A stretch of 32,000 bases of DNA from an uncultured archaeon (GTDB taxonomy: Archaea > Iainarchaeota > Iainarchaeia > Iainarchaeales > JAAZKV01): contig CAZKBG010000001.1 in the NCBI GenBank assembly GCA_964551375.1, positions 150,001 through 182,000 of the forward strand. Reading direction: 5' to 3'. The translations under genes were made by a program, and so were the position numbers. Every line of letters begins with the position of its first letter. Within the stretch, counting starts at the first letter, position 1. The notes below the pieces were generated by a model that was given only the letters and a program-made list of their open reading frames with translations, was not told where the DNA came from and made no database searches. Below, in pieces: positions 17,176 to 26,490 of this stretch.

Positions 17176-19320
17176 ATGTGCGGAATTGCAGGGCTTGTGG
17201 GATATGACTCGGGCGAATCTGTGCTCCGAGCGGCGCTTAGAGTAATTGATTACCGCGGAATGGACGCAAGCGCAATTGAAACAATTGATAACATTTCAAT
17301 AGGGCATAATCTGCACTCAATTGTAGGATTTCTAAAACAGCCTTTAGTAAATGACAAGAGCATATTTTCAGCAAACTGCGAAATATATAATTGGGAAAAA
17401 ATTGCCAAATCAAAATCAATCACTGCCTTAAACGACGCTGATTTAGTGCATAAGCTTCTTGACAATTCGCTGGCAAATGTATCAAAGAATTTGATTTTGA
17501 AAGTTTCAAAGAAAAGAATTCTTGAACTCGTGGAGTTATTTGACGGGGATTTTGCGTTTTCTTATTACTTAAAAGAACACCAACTTCTTTTCTTGGCAAA
17601 GGATATCGCTGGAGTAAAACCTCTTGTCTATCACTTTGATTCCGCCGGGAAGAAATTTGCTTTTGCGTCAGAAAAGAAAGCATTGGAATTTATTGGAGTA
17701 AAAGATTCAATCCACTTAAATCCAAGAAAAATACTCTGCTTTGACATAAAAGCAAACAAAGTTTCATTTATTTCAAGAAAAATTATTTCAAAAAAGCAAA
17801 AAGATCCAATTAACGCGCTTCACAAATCAATAGTGTCTTCAGTTGAAAAGAGAGTTCCTTTGGTTAAAAGCGCAGTTCTCCTTTCAGGAGGGCTTGACTC
17901 GGCAATTATTGCAAAATTATTAACTCACTTTTCAAAAGTTGACGCATATTTTTCTGGAGTAGTTGATGAGAAAAACCACCTATTTGAACCAAAAGACTTG
18001 GCTAACGCAATAAGCGCGGCGGATGAACTTGGATTAAAATTAACCATTGCAAAAGTATCCCTTTTGGAATTTGAAAACGAGCTTCCACAAATTATTTCTC
18101 TAATTGAATCAGTTGATCCAATTCGAGTGGGTGTTGCTTCAACTTTATACTTTGCCGCAAGAGAAATAGCAAAATCAAACGCAAAAGTAGTGTTTTCTGG
18201 GCTTGGCGCTGATGAATTATTTGCAGGGTATAACAGATTCAAAAACTCAAATGATATTAACAAAGACGCTTACAGCTATTTCATAAAATTGTACGAAAAT
18301 GACCTGTACTATCAGGATATTGTGTGCATGAATCACAAGCTTGAATTAAGAGTTCCATTTTTAGATAAAGAAGTAATTTCGCAGGCGCTTATACTTGGCT
18401 CCGAGCACAAAATTGACAAAAAAACCGGTGTGAACAAAAAAGTACTTAGAAGTATTGCTCTAAATTTAGGCTTAAGCTCTGAAATTGCTCTGCGCCCAAA
18501 AAAAGCCGCTCAATACGGAAGCAATTTTGACAAAGCTCTTGAAATACTCGCAAAAAATAATGGATTTAAATCAAAAGCTGATTATTTGAATTCAATTGCA
18601 AAAGGCAAATCAGCTTCAAATACAATTTCAAAAAATATTCCAATTGCAGCGCTTCTTTCAACAGGAAAGGATTCAATTTATGCAATTCATTTAATGCAAA
18701 AACAAGGATATCCAATTAAGTGTCTTATTACAATTGATTCGCATAACAAGGACTCATTTATGTTTCACACTCCGACAGTAGAGCTTGCGCATTTGCAGGC
18801 AAAAGCAATGGGAATTCCACTTATAATAGTAAAAACAAAGGGAGTTAAGGAAAAAGAATTGATTGATTTAAAGAAAGCAATAAGCGGGGCTGTTAAGAAG
18901 TACAAAATTGAAGGGGTTTGTTCAGGCGCATTGTTTTCCAACTACCAGCGAGAAAGAATTGAAACAATATGCGAAGAGATTGGGATAAGGGCTTTTGCTC
19001 CACTTTGGCACATGAATCAGGGAACTTATTTAACAAATTTAGTAAATCAGGGATTTAGAGCAATAATTACGAAGGTTGCATGCTTTGGATTAAACGAAAA
19101 GTGGGTGGGAAGAGAAATTAACTCAACTGCAGTAGATGAATTAAACGCGCTTGAAGAAAAATACGGGATTAATGTTGCTGGGGAGGGCGGAGAATACGAA
19201 TCCTTTGTCCTTGATGCTCCGTTTTTTAAAAAGAAAATTGAAGTTTCAGGAATAAAAAAAATGCAGAATGAATTCACAGGCGAGTATGTAATAATTGGGA
19301 GTGGAATTGCTGAAAAGTAA
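17176..19320 (+). CDS. Fusion protein: glutamine-dependent asparagine synthetase-like (class II GATase + PP-loop) and C-terminal diphthamide synthetase-like (Dph6 / MJ0570-type ATP pyrophosphatase)
   Basis: MCGIAGL GATase N-terminus with Cys2; SGGLDS PP-loop (17884..17901); GLGADELFAGYNRF; then a second PP-loop STGKDS (18658..18675) with GVCSGALFSNYQRERIE and GINVAGEGGEYESFVLDAPFF typical of Dph6-like proteins. Confidence 0.93.
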   Translation: MCGIAGLVGYDSGESVLRAALRVIDYRGMDASAIETIDNISIGHNLHSIVGFLKQPLVNDKSIFSANCEIYNWEKIAKSKSITALNDADLVHKLLDNSLANVSKNLILKVSKKRILELVELFDGDFAFSYYLKEHQLLFLAKDIAGVKPLVYHFDSAGKKFAFASEKKALEFIGVKDSIHLNPRKILCFDIKANKVSFISRKIISKKQKDPINALHKSIVSSVEKRVPLVKSAVLLSGGLDSAIIAKLLTHFSKVDAYFSGVVDEKNHLFEPKDLANAISAADELGLKLTIAKVSLLEFENELPQIISLIESVDPIRVGVASTLYFAAREIAKSNAKVVFSGLGADELFAGYNRFKNSNDINKDAYSYFIKLYENDLYYQDIVCMNHKLELRVPFLDKEVISQALILGSEHKIDKKTGVNKKVLRSIALNLGLSSEIALRPKKAAQYGSNFDKALEILAKNNGFKSKADYLNSIAKGKSASNTISKNIPIAALLSTGKDSIYAIHLMQKQGYPIKCLITIDSHNKDSFMFHTPTVELAHLQAKAMGIPLIIVKTKGVKEKELIDLKKAISGAVKKYKIEGVCSGALFSNYQRERIETICEEIGIRAFAPLWHMNQGTYLTNLVNQGFRAIITKVACFGLNEKWVGREINSTAVDELNALEEKYGINVAGEGGEYESFVLDAPFFKKKIEVSGIKKMQNEFTGEYVIIGSGIAEK

Positions 19321-19367
19321 AAAACGAACAAGCATTAGAAGAAGCTGATTTTAAAAAAATATAAAAT

Positions 19368-19386
19368 CCATGCCAAGATGGCATGG
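19368..19386. terminator. Perfect 8-bp inverted repeat CCATGCCA-AGA-TGGCATGG between convergent genes
   Basis: Located between the + gene ending at 19320 and the - gene ending at 19407, in an AT-rich spacer. Confidence 0.5.
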
Positions 19387-19406
19387 ATAATTTAATTAGA
19401 TTTTAT

Positions 19407-21725
19407 TTACTTCTTTGTCCACTTCTTTCCGGCAATTGGTTCAGTTTCTGGAGTATTTTGAATTTTAATCCAAAGTAGAGCAAGCATTAATGCTAATAAA
19501 ATTATTAGCAATGGCAATGCCCAGCTTACTGGAGTTGAACCATTTGTGTTTCCAAGGAACCCGAACAAACCAGCAGTTGGAACTGATGCAACAGGCGCAT
19601 TAGAATCGCTTGTTGATAGGTTTGTATCTTCTCCGCTTGGTGTTAACGCATTCAAATCAAACGGCGGTCTGATGTTATTTACATTCACATCATTAGCTGG
19701 CGCGTTTAAATCTGGAGTGTTTGTATTTGTGTCAACCGGCACAACAACTGGAACGTTATTGTCCACAGGTCTGTTTGTATCAGTTGGCGGGAAATAACTT
19801 CCTCCGCCTCCACCGCCAGTTGGTCCGCTTGGAGTAGGCGCATTAACAGTTAATATTGCTGTGTTTGACGCAGTAGTTCCTGCTCCTGTGAAATTAGCTG
19901 TTAGAGTGTATGTTCCAACAGTTCCTGCGTTGAATGTTAGGCTTAGCAGTCCGTTTGAATCAGTCGCAGTGCTCATTGTTCCAAGCCCGCTTGTGATTGT
20001 TATTGTTCCGCTTGGATTAGCTCTTCCAGTATTGGAAGTAACAAATCCGCTCACAGTAACATCGCTTCCCACTGTAACAGTGCTTGGATTTACTGACATG
20101 TTTAATGTGTACACATCAATAGCGTTTGTGTCTATCTGATTGTATCTTACTCCATTAGCCATATCAGTTATTTTTGCAACAACTGCAATTGGTCCGATTG
20201 GCCAGTTAATATCCGGAGTTGCAACAACTCTAAATATTCCGTCCGATACTTCCACTGCTGTGAACTTTTTGCTGAAATCGCCTTTTGCGAATTCAATTTC
20301 AATATTTTTAGTTCCGTTATTGTCTGTTACATTTAACTCAACAACAACATTTCTATCCAGCATTATTGGATTTGGAGTTATTGTCATGCTGTTGATAGTG
20401 TATATTCCATTTGTCCTTATTGTAAATGGAGGAGTTGATGTTATTACTCTTGAATAATTGTTTGCTTCATCAACGCACTTTGCTGCTACTACTTTTACTC
20501 CAAGAGTAGTGAATACTCCTGTTGTGAAGTGAGGAAGAGTTACTCCCTGCGGCGCAATTGGCGCTGTCCATCCTGCTGATGGATTTAATGAATTATAGTC
20601 AAAGTTGAACTGGCATGTGCTTACTCCTGATAAACTATCAGTTGGAGCGCTGATTGCTGCCATTATTTGGCCATAATTGAAGTCAATAGTTCTTGTTGAG
20701 AAATTTGTGAATCCCCCTAAAAAGAACATTGAGTCAACCATTGCAGGAGCAGTTTTGTCAATGGAAATCATTTTGCTGTTTACATTTCCATCTATTCCCT
20801 GTCCATTAGTTGAATTGTATCTGATGTACTTCTTTCCTTCAACGCCGAATAAAATTGGCGCTGTGTAATTAATGTTTGGAGCGCATGTATCGCTTTTGTC
20901 AATACAGTACTTGATAGCTGAGATTCCGCTTTCAAGATCGCTTGCTGTGATTGTTGCAATTACATCGGCATTGTACCATTTTTCGCCGCTTGTTGAGTTA
21001 GTGTCTATTATTAGTGTAGATATTGGGGGAGTTGTGTCGTATGCGTTTACTACATTGAATGTGAATGGGGAAGTTGATGGCGCGCTTGTGTTGTTCGCCT
21101 TATCTGTGCACTTAATTGCAATTACTTTTGTTCCATTAGTGTCGTAGTAATGCACATGGGCAGTAGTCAAATCAACATTTGTTGTAGGAGCATCCCAGCC
21201 AACTGTCGGATTCTCTGAATTATAATCAAAATTCAGTTCGCAAGTTAGAAGTCCTGAAGTGTTGTCGCTTGAAATTATTCTAAGTCTTGCAACCCCGTAG
21301 TTTATAGTAAAAGTTCTTGTTGATGGATTGTAAGTTGTTCCTTGAGTTGCGTCAAGCGAGAAGCCTAATGTGTCAGGAGCAACGCTGTCAACTTGAACAG
21401 TGTATCTTTTTTCAAGTTCAACGTTTCCGTCCATGCTTATTGCTTGATATCTAAATGTTCTTACTCCGTGTCCAAAATTCATATCGCCTGTCCAGTTAAG
21501 GTCAGGAGCTGGAGTTCTTTTTTTGTTCAAATCAAAAGTGTATTTGATAGAGTCAATTGCGCTGTCTGGATCAGCTGCGTTAATTGAAACTGTTACGCTT
21601 GGATTAAACCATCCAAGAGAGTTTGGTTCTGATGGCGTTGTGGTTAAAACCGAAGTCGGCAGAGCAAAAGCAACTGCTGAAATTGCCAAAATCACCCCTA
21701 TGAGTATCATAAGTCTTGCATTCAT
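19407..21725 (-). CDS. Exported multi-domain Ig-like surface protein with C-terminal TM anchor
   Basis: Signal peptide MNARLMILIGVILAISAVAFALP (likely start at 21725 rather than 21767, with AGGGGG upstream); repeated Ig-like modules; PTPSGPTGGGGGG linker; C-terminal hydrophobic ALPLLIILLALMLALLWIKI then charged tail. Confidence 0.88.
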   Translation of the reverse strand: MNARLMILIGVILAISAVAFALPTSVLTTTPSEPNSLGWFNPSVTVSINAADPDSAIDSIKYTFDLNKKRTPAPDLNWTGDMNFGHGVRTFRYQAISMDGNVELEKRYTVQVDSVAPDTLGFSLDATQGTTYNPSTRTFTINYGVARLRIISSDNTSGLLTCELNFDYNSENPTVGWDAPTTNVDLTTAHVHYYDTNGTKVIAIKCTDKANNTSAPSTSPFTFNVVNAYDTTPPISTLIIDTNSTSGEKWYNADVIATITASDLESGISAIKYCIDKSDTCAPNINYTAPILFGVEGKKYIRYNSTNGQGIDGNVNSKMISIDKTAPAMVDSMFFLGGFTNFSTRTIDFNYGQIMAAISAPTDSLSGVSTCQFNFDYNSLNPSAGWTAPIAPQGVTLPHFTTGVFTTLGVKVVAAKCVDEANNYSRVITSTPPFTIRTNGIYTINSMTITPNPIMLDRNVVVELNVTDNNGTKNIEIEFAKGDFSKKFTAVEVSDGIFRVVATPDINWPIGPIAVVAKITDMANGVRYNQIDTNAIDVYTLNMSVNPSTVTVGSDVTVSGFVTSNTGRANPSGTITITSGLGTMSTATDSNGLLSLTFNAGTVGTYTLTANFTGAGTTASNTAILTVNAPTPSGPTGGGGGGSYFPPTDTNRPVDNNVPVVVPVDTNTNTPDLNAPANDVNVNNIRPPFDLNALTPSGEDTNLSTSDSNAPVASVPTAGLFGFLGNTNGSTPVSWALPLLIILLALMLALLWIKIQNTPETEPIAGKKWTKK

Positions 21726-21937
21726 ACATATTCCCCCTAAAATTCGCTTTTTGAGCGAAATCCCCATTTTTATTAATATAATTCTGCCCCAAAAAGCTTA
21801 AAAATGGATATAAGTTATTACGGTTAACAAGTTAATTTGAATATTTGGCACAATTTCTTGTTTTGGCGAATAAGTTAATTTTATTTGATTTAATGGCAAA
21901 TTTGACCTTTATTTTAGTGATTTGTCATTTTCTAAAG

Positions 21938-23161
21938 TTATTCATACCTTAAAGCATTAACAGGGTCAAGATTTGCCGCTCTAATAGCTGGAACAATTCC
22001 TGAAATCATTCCAATAAGCATTGAAAATATAAGCGCGCCAATAGTAATGTCTGCGCCAAAGTAAGCCACAAGAGTAAATCCTGATGCAGTTCCAACAATT
22101 GCAATAACGCTTGAAAGACCGTATCCGATTATTATTCCAATAATTCCGCCGATTCCCCCGATAAATGCCGCTTCAAGAACAAAAATTGTGAGAATTTTAT
22201 TATTAGAAGCTCCAAGCGCTTTCATTACCCCGATTTCTTTAGTTCTTTCCATCACAGAAGTAATCATTGCATTCATTATTCCAATTCCACCAACAATTAG
22301 AGAAATTCCTCCAACTCCTGCAAGGAAAATAGTGATTAAACTGAGTATCTGGTTAATCTGTTTTAGAATCTCGTCAGCCGAGTAAACAGTAAAGCTTTTT
22401 TCACCGTACTTCTTTTCAAGATCTGCTTTGATTTTAGCTGCTGCATCAGTAACATCTTCTTTTGTGAATGTTTTAACAAAAACAATTGACGGAGTCAGAG
22501 TAGCAGTCGGATCAAGTCGGTTAAATGCATCAAGAGACATGAACACAGAATTTCCTGTGCTTGGTCCGCCTCCAAAGCTTGAAGTCTGTTTTTTCATAAT
22601 TCCTTTAACTTCAAATTCAGCCCCGTTGATTAAAACCCTTTTTTTAGTTGCAAGGTCACGGTCAAACGTATCATGCGCCACTCCGTCTCCAATTACTACT
22701 CCGGTAGAGTCATTTTTGCTTACCATGCTTCCTTCCGCGACTTCCATAAAGCCCGTGTTTGAAAAAATACTTGCTTTGCTTGCCTCAACCGCCATGATTG
22801 AAACACTTATTTTTTGGTTATTAAATTCCAGAATTGCATTTCTTGCATAAACCGGCACGGCGCTTGAAACTCCTCGCGTTGATTCGATTTTTGAAATATC
22901 CGCTGGAGTAATTGCTGCCTTTAACCCGATATTTGATGGTCCGCTTCCAACAGAAGCGCTTCCGGGGATTACAAAAATAGTATTTGTTCCAAGCTGCTGG
23001 AACTGTTCTTCAACAGCAACGCTTAAACCCTGCCCTATTGAGAGCAAGCTAACAATTGCAGCTATTCCTATAATTACTCCAATAAGAGTAAGGTAAGTCC
23101 TGATTCCTGCTCTTCGCAGGTTCTTTGCAGAAACTTCCACTGTATCAAAATCTACAACCAT
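21938..23161 (-). CDS. ABC transporter permease, MacB/FtsX-like
   Basis: N-terminal TM, periplasmic MacB-like domain (GLSVAVEEQFQQLGTNTIFVIPG), three C-terminal TMs, GIMNAMITSVMERTKEIGVMKALGASNNKILTIFVLEA. Confidence 0.95.
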   Translation of the reverse strand: MVVDFDTVEVSAKNLRRAGIRTYLTLIGVIIGIAAIVSLLSIGQGLSVAVEEQFQQLGTNTIFVIPGSASVGSGPSNIGLKAAITPADISKIESTRGVSSAVPVYARNAILEFNNQKISVSIMAVEASKASIFSNTGFMEVAEGSMVSKNDSTGVVIGDGVAHDTFDRDLATKKRVLINGAEFEVKGIMKKQTSSFGGGPSTGNSVFMSLDAFNRLDPTATLTPSIVFVKTFTKEDVTDAAAKIKADLEKKYGEKSFTVYSADEILKQINQILSLITIFLAGVGGISLIVGGIGIMNAMITSVMERTKEIGVMKALGASNNKILTIFVLEAAFIGGIGGIIGIIIGYGLSSVIAIVGTASGFTLVAYFGADITIGALIFSMLIGMISGIVPAIRAANLDPVNALRYE

Positions 23162-23181
23162 ATTTTATCAACATCAAAATT

Positions 23182-23895
23182 TCATTCCCTTAACTGACAA
23201 ACTTTTTTATCATGCCCTGAAACAATTTTCCCGTCCCTTAAAACTATTTTTCTTTCAGCCTGCTTTCCAATACTTTCATCATGAGTTACAACAATAACTG
23301 TTCGTTTGTCTTCCTTATGGAGCTTTCTTAACAAGTCCATAACAAGAAGTCCTGATTTTGAATCAAGGTTTCCAGTAGGCTCATCAGCAACAATTATGCT
23401 TGGATTCATTGCAAGGGCTCTAGCGATAGCAACTCTCTGCCTCTGCCCGCCTGAAAGCTGATTAGGCCTGTTATTTAATCTGTCTCCAAGCCCTACTTGT
23501 TCAAGCAAATCCTTAGCCCTAGGCTCTCTTTCGTTTCTGGGCACTCCGTTAATCCAAAGAGGAGTCATTACATTCTCAAGCGCAGTAAGTTTTGGAAGCA
23601 AATTAAAAGTCTGGAAAATAAATCCAATTTTTTTGCCTCTAAATGAAGCAAGCTCTGAATTGCTTAATTGAGTAGTCGGAACTCCTTCAATAAAAACTTC
23701 CCCGCTGGTAGGCTTCATCATTGTAGTCATTATATCAAGAAGAGTAGTCTTTCCAGACCCGCTTGGACCCATGATAGAAACATACTCGTTATTGCAAATA
23801 AGCATGTCAACCGAATCAAGCGCAGTGATTTCAAACTCGCCTATTCCGTAAAGTTTTGAAACATTCTCAAGTCTCACAATTTCACTAGCCTTCAC
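23182..23895 (-). CDS. ABC transporter ATP-binding protein, LolD/MacB-like
   Basis: Walker [10 protein letters not shown]; signature [15 protein letters not shown]; Walker [13 protein letters not shown]; 20-nt gap to the permease gene. GTG start. Confidence 0.96.
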   Translation of the reverse strand: MKASEIVRLENVSKLYGIGEFEITALDSVDMLICNNEYVSIMGPSGSGKTTLLDIMTTMMKPTSGEVFIEGVPTTQLSNSELASFRGKKIGFIFQTFNLLPKLTALENVMTPLWINGVPRNEREPRAKDLLEQVGLGDRLNNRPNQLSGGQRQRVAIARALAMNPSIIVADEPTGNLDSKSGLLVMDLLRKLHKEDKRTVIVVTHDESIGKQAERKIVLRDGKIVSGHDKKVCQLRE

Positions 23896-24084
23896 AATAA
23901 TACCTTCAACAGACTAATTTTTGAAACTTGAATTTTTAAATATAGGTTTTTGTTGTTTTGCCGATTAATTTGATATTATTGCAAAATATTGGTAAAATTA
24001 CGACATTCGGCTTTAGCCATAGCAAAAACAAACCCTTTATTATTTTGGAAACACCTAATATGATACAATAATGGGGATGATTTA

Positions 24085-26250
24085 ATGTTACAAAAATCAG
24101 AAAAAGCGCAATCAGGAATCGCAGTGGTGACAGCAGGAGCAGTTTTGATTATCGCGGTAATTGTGGGGCTGTTCATGCTCGGAGCGCCGGTAGTTGCGCC
24201 TGAAAATACGGCAACACTTGAAAAGTTTTCAAGCTACGAATCACTCGTAGCGGCATTTGAAAAAGGAAAAAGCTACTACGGCGATTACAGCTACGGCATG
24301 CGCGACATGATGATTGCGCCTACAATGGCGGTAAATGCAGCGGCAGAAGGCGGAGCCGGAGCTCAGAAAATGGCTGCTGATGCGACAGCATCAACTTATT
24401 CAAAAACAAATATACAAGTAGAAGGCGTTGATGAAGCTGATATAATAAAAAATGACGGAAAATATATTTACGCAATCGCTAAAGGAAAAATATTCATTGT
24501 TGACGCATACCCTGCCCAGAATGCAAGGATAGTTTCAACAATACAACTAGGAAATAACATGAATCCTCAGGAAATGTTTATTTCAGACGATGGAAAGAAA
24601 CTCATGGTATTTGCTTCAAGCGGATACTACGGATACGGTTACTATGGCTATGCAAGACCAATGGTCGACGTGATGGTAAATGAAGCAGTATCGGTTCCAG
24701 GCTCAAGCGGAAGTTCAGGCTCAAGCGCTGGAAATAGCGGCAGTGCAATAGTTCCAAGCACTATGATGATGCCAATCTGGGAAAACAAAAGCTATGTCGC
24801 AGTAATAACTTATGATATAACCGACAAAGCAAATCCAAAACTTTCAAACGAAAGCGACTTTGAAGGATCATACCTAAATTCAAGACTTATAGGCGACAAA
24901 GCTTACTTTGTAATAAACTCATACCCTGACTATACAAACTACTACGGGTACGCAAAGGAAGTTTCCCCAATAACTTCAGACGAAAACAATATCATCCCAA
25001 TGATGAGAGTAAACGGCTCTGAAAAAAGAGTGGCAGTTGCAACAGATATTGCAATAATGCCAAGAGTTAGAGTGACAAACTTTGTTACAATAGCCTCCCT
25101 TGACATAAAGACGGGGGAAATGACTAAACAAACAGTTGCAGGCTCGGCAAACAACTTGTACGCATCTCAAGACAATATATTCCTTGCAGAGCAGTACTGG
25201 GAATACGCTGACTACAACGGACCAATCCCTCTTGAGGCAGGAATGCTCATGAAAAGCATTTACATGCCAAGAATGGCTACAACTGAAAAAACAGTTATTT
25301 CAAAATTCCACGTTGAGAACGGAAGCATAACCTTTGGAGGACAGGGAGTTGCTCCAGGACACATACTAAACCAGTTCAGCATGGATGAATACAATAATAA
25401 TTTTAGAATAGCAACAACAGTACAGAACTATAACGCGCAGATTGGAGAAAACGCTTCAAGCAACAACGTGTACATATTCAATAAGGACATGAATATGGAA
25501 GGAGCAATAGAAGGAATAGCTCCAAATGAAACAATCTATTCTGCAAGATTCATGGGAGACAAAGGATACCTTGTTACATTCAAAACAGTGGATCCGTTGT
25601 TTGTGCTTGACTTGTCAAACCCAAGCGACCCAAAAATCTTAGGAAAACTAAAAATTCCAGGATACTCTGACTACATGCAGCCGATTGACGAAACACACAT
25701 TTTAGGAATAGGAAAAGATGTGAATGAAGAAATCGACGCTGAAAAAGTTCACTCAGTTGGGGCGGTATACTACACAGCAATCAAAGGAATAAAGATGGCA
25801 GTGTTTGATGTATCCGACGTTGCGAATCCAAAAGAAATGTACAAAGTAGTAATCGGAGACAGAGGAACAGAATCAGAAGCTCTAAACGACCACAAAGCGC
25901 TTTTGTTTGACAAAAGCAAAAACCTCTTAGTGCTTCCTGTAACAATAGTAGAAAATGTTGCAAAAGGAGAAGCATACGGACAGCAGTCCTTCCAAGGAGC
26001 TCTTGTATACAATTTGAGCCTTGAGAACGGATTTGTTGAAAGAGGAAGAATAACACACGTGTCAAGCCAGGAAGAATTGAAGTCAGGGTATTATTACGAC
26101 TCAACTTCAATAATCAGACGCTCACTCTTCATGGATAATGTGCTGTACACATATTCAAACAAGATGATAAAAGCGAATGACTTGTCAACTCTTGCCGACA
26201 TAAAGGAAGTTCCTTTTGACGAACAAGCAGTTACACAAAACCAAAACTAA
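24085..26250 (+). CDS. Secreted/membrane-anchored beta-propeller domain protein
   Basis: N-terminal TM GIAVVTAGAVLIIAVIVGLFML; TNIQVEGVDEADIIKNDGKYIYAIAKGKIFIVDAYP; repeated beta-propeller strands; typical archaeal secreted propeller family. Confidence 0.9.
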   Translation: MLQKSEKAQSGIAVVTAGAVLIIAVIVGLFMLGAPVVAPENTATLEKFSSYESLVAAFEKGKSYYGDYSYGMRDMMIAPTMAVNAAAEGGAGAQKMAADATASTYSKTNIQVEGVDEADIIKNDGKYIYAIAKGKIFIVDAYPAQNARIVSTIQLGNNMNPQEMFISDDGKKLMVFASSGYYGYGYYGYARPMVDVMVNEAVSVPGSSGSSGSSAGNSGSAIVPSTMMMPIWENKSYVAVITYDITDKANPKLSNESDFEGSYLNSRLIGDKAYFVINSYPDYTNYYGYAKEVSPITSDENNIIPMMRVNGSEKRVAVATDIAIMPRVRVTNFVTIASLDIKTGEMTKQTVAGSANNLYASQDNIFLAEQYWEYADYNGPIPLEAGMLMKSIYMPRMATTEKTVISKFHVENGSITFGGQGVAPGHILNQFSMDEYNNNFRIATTVQNYNAQIGENASSNNVYIFNKDMNMEGAIEGIAPNETIYSARFMGDKGYLVTFKTVDPLFVLDLSNPSDPKILGKLKIPGYSDYMQPIDETHILGIGKDVNEEIDAEKVHSVGAVYYTAIKGIKMAVFDVSDVANPKEMYKVVIGDRGTESEALNDHKALLFDKSKNLLVLPVTIVENVAKGEAYGQQSFQGALVYNLSLENGFVERGRITHVSSQEELKSGYYYDSTSIIRRSLFMDNVLYTYSNKMIKANDLSTLADIKEVPFDEQAVTQNQN

Positions 26251-26264
26251 AAAATAAAATCAGA

Positions 26265-26287
26265 GGCAATGGATTAGTTCCATTGCC
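26265..26287. terminator. Perfect 9-bp hairpin GGCAATGGA-TTAGT-TCCATTGCC flanked by A-rich and T-rich runs; candidate bidirectional terminator
   Basis: Sits between the converging beta-propeller gene (ends 26250) and the SWIB-like gene (ends 26314); T run at 26294..26300 on + and A-rich run at 26250..26259. Confidence 0.65.
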
Positions 26288-26313
26288 CTAAACTTTTTTT
26301 AAATTAAAAAGAT

Positions 26314-26490
26314 TTACTTCTTTCCTGCTATATTGTTCTTCTTAACATAAGCCCAAATCTTCTTTGTCATTTCGCTTGGTGTTATGTCTCCGGATCCGAA
26401 TACTGATTCAAGAGTGTCATCGCATCCCTTAAAGCTAATACTATATCCTCCGAATGCTTTCTTCTTTGGTTTTCCACCTAATAATCCCAT
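26314..26490 (-). CDS. 58-aa protein resembling the N-terminal half of a SWIB domain
   Basis: MGLLGGKPKKKAFGGYSISFKGCDDTLESVFGSGDITPSEMTKKIWAYVKKNNIAGKK; ATG at 26490 preceded by GGAGGAG; TATA-like TTTATATA further upstream. The table ORF start at 26541 is less likely. Confidence 0.72.
   Translation of the reverse strand: MGLLGGKPKKKAFGGYSISFKGCDDTLESVFGSGDITPSEMTKKIWAYVKKNNIAGKK

Noticed and set aside
17176-19320. Possibility that AsnB and Dph6 parts are two separate genes
   Set aside because: Single uninterrupted reading frame with no stop between the domains in the given sequence; only a sequencing indel could create this, which I cannot test.
24085-26250. Gly/Tyr-rich and Gly/Ser-rich patches (YGYYGYARP, GSSGSSGSSAGNSGS) as possible repeats
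   Set aside because: Short low-complexity loops within the propeller protein, not a DNA-level repeat array.
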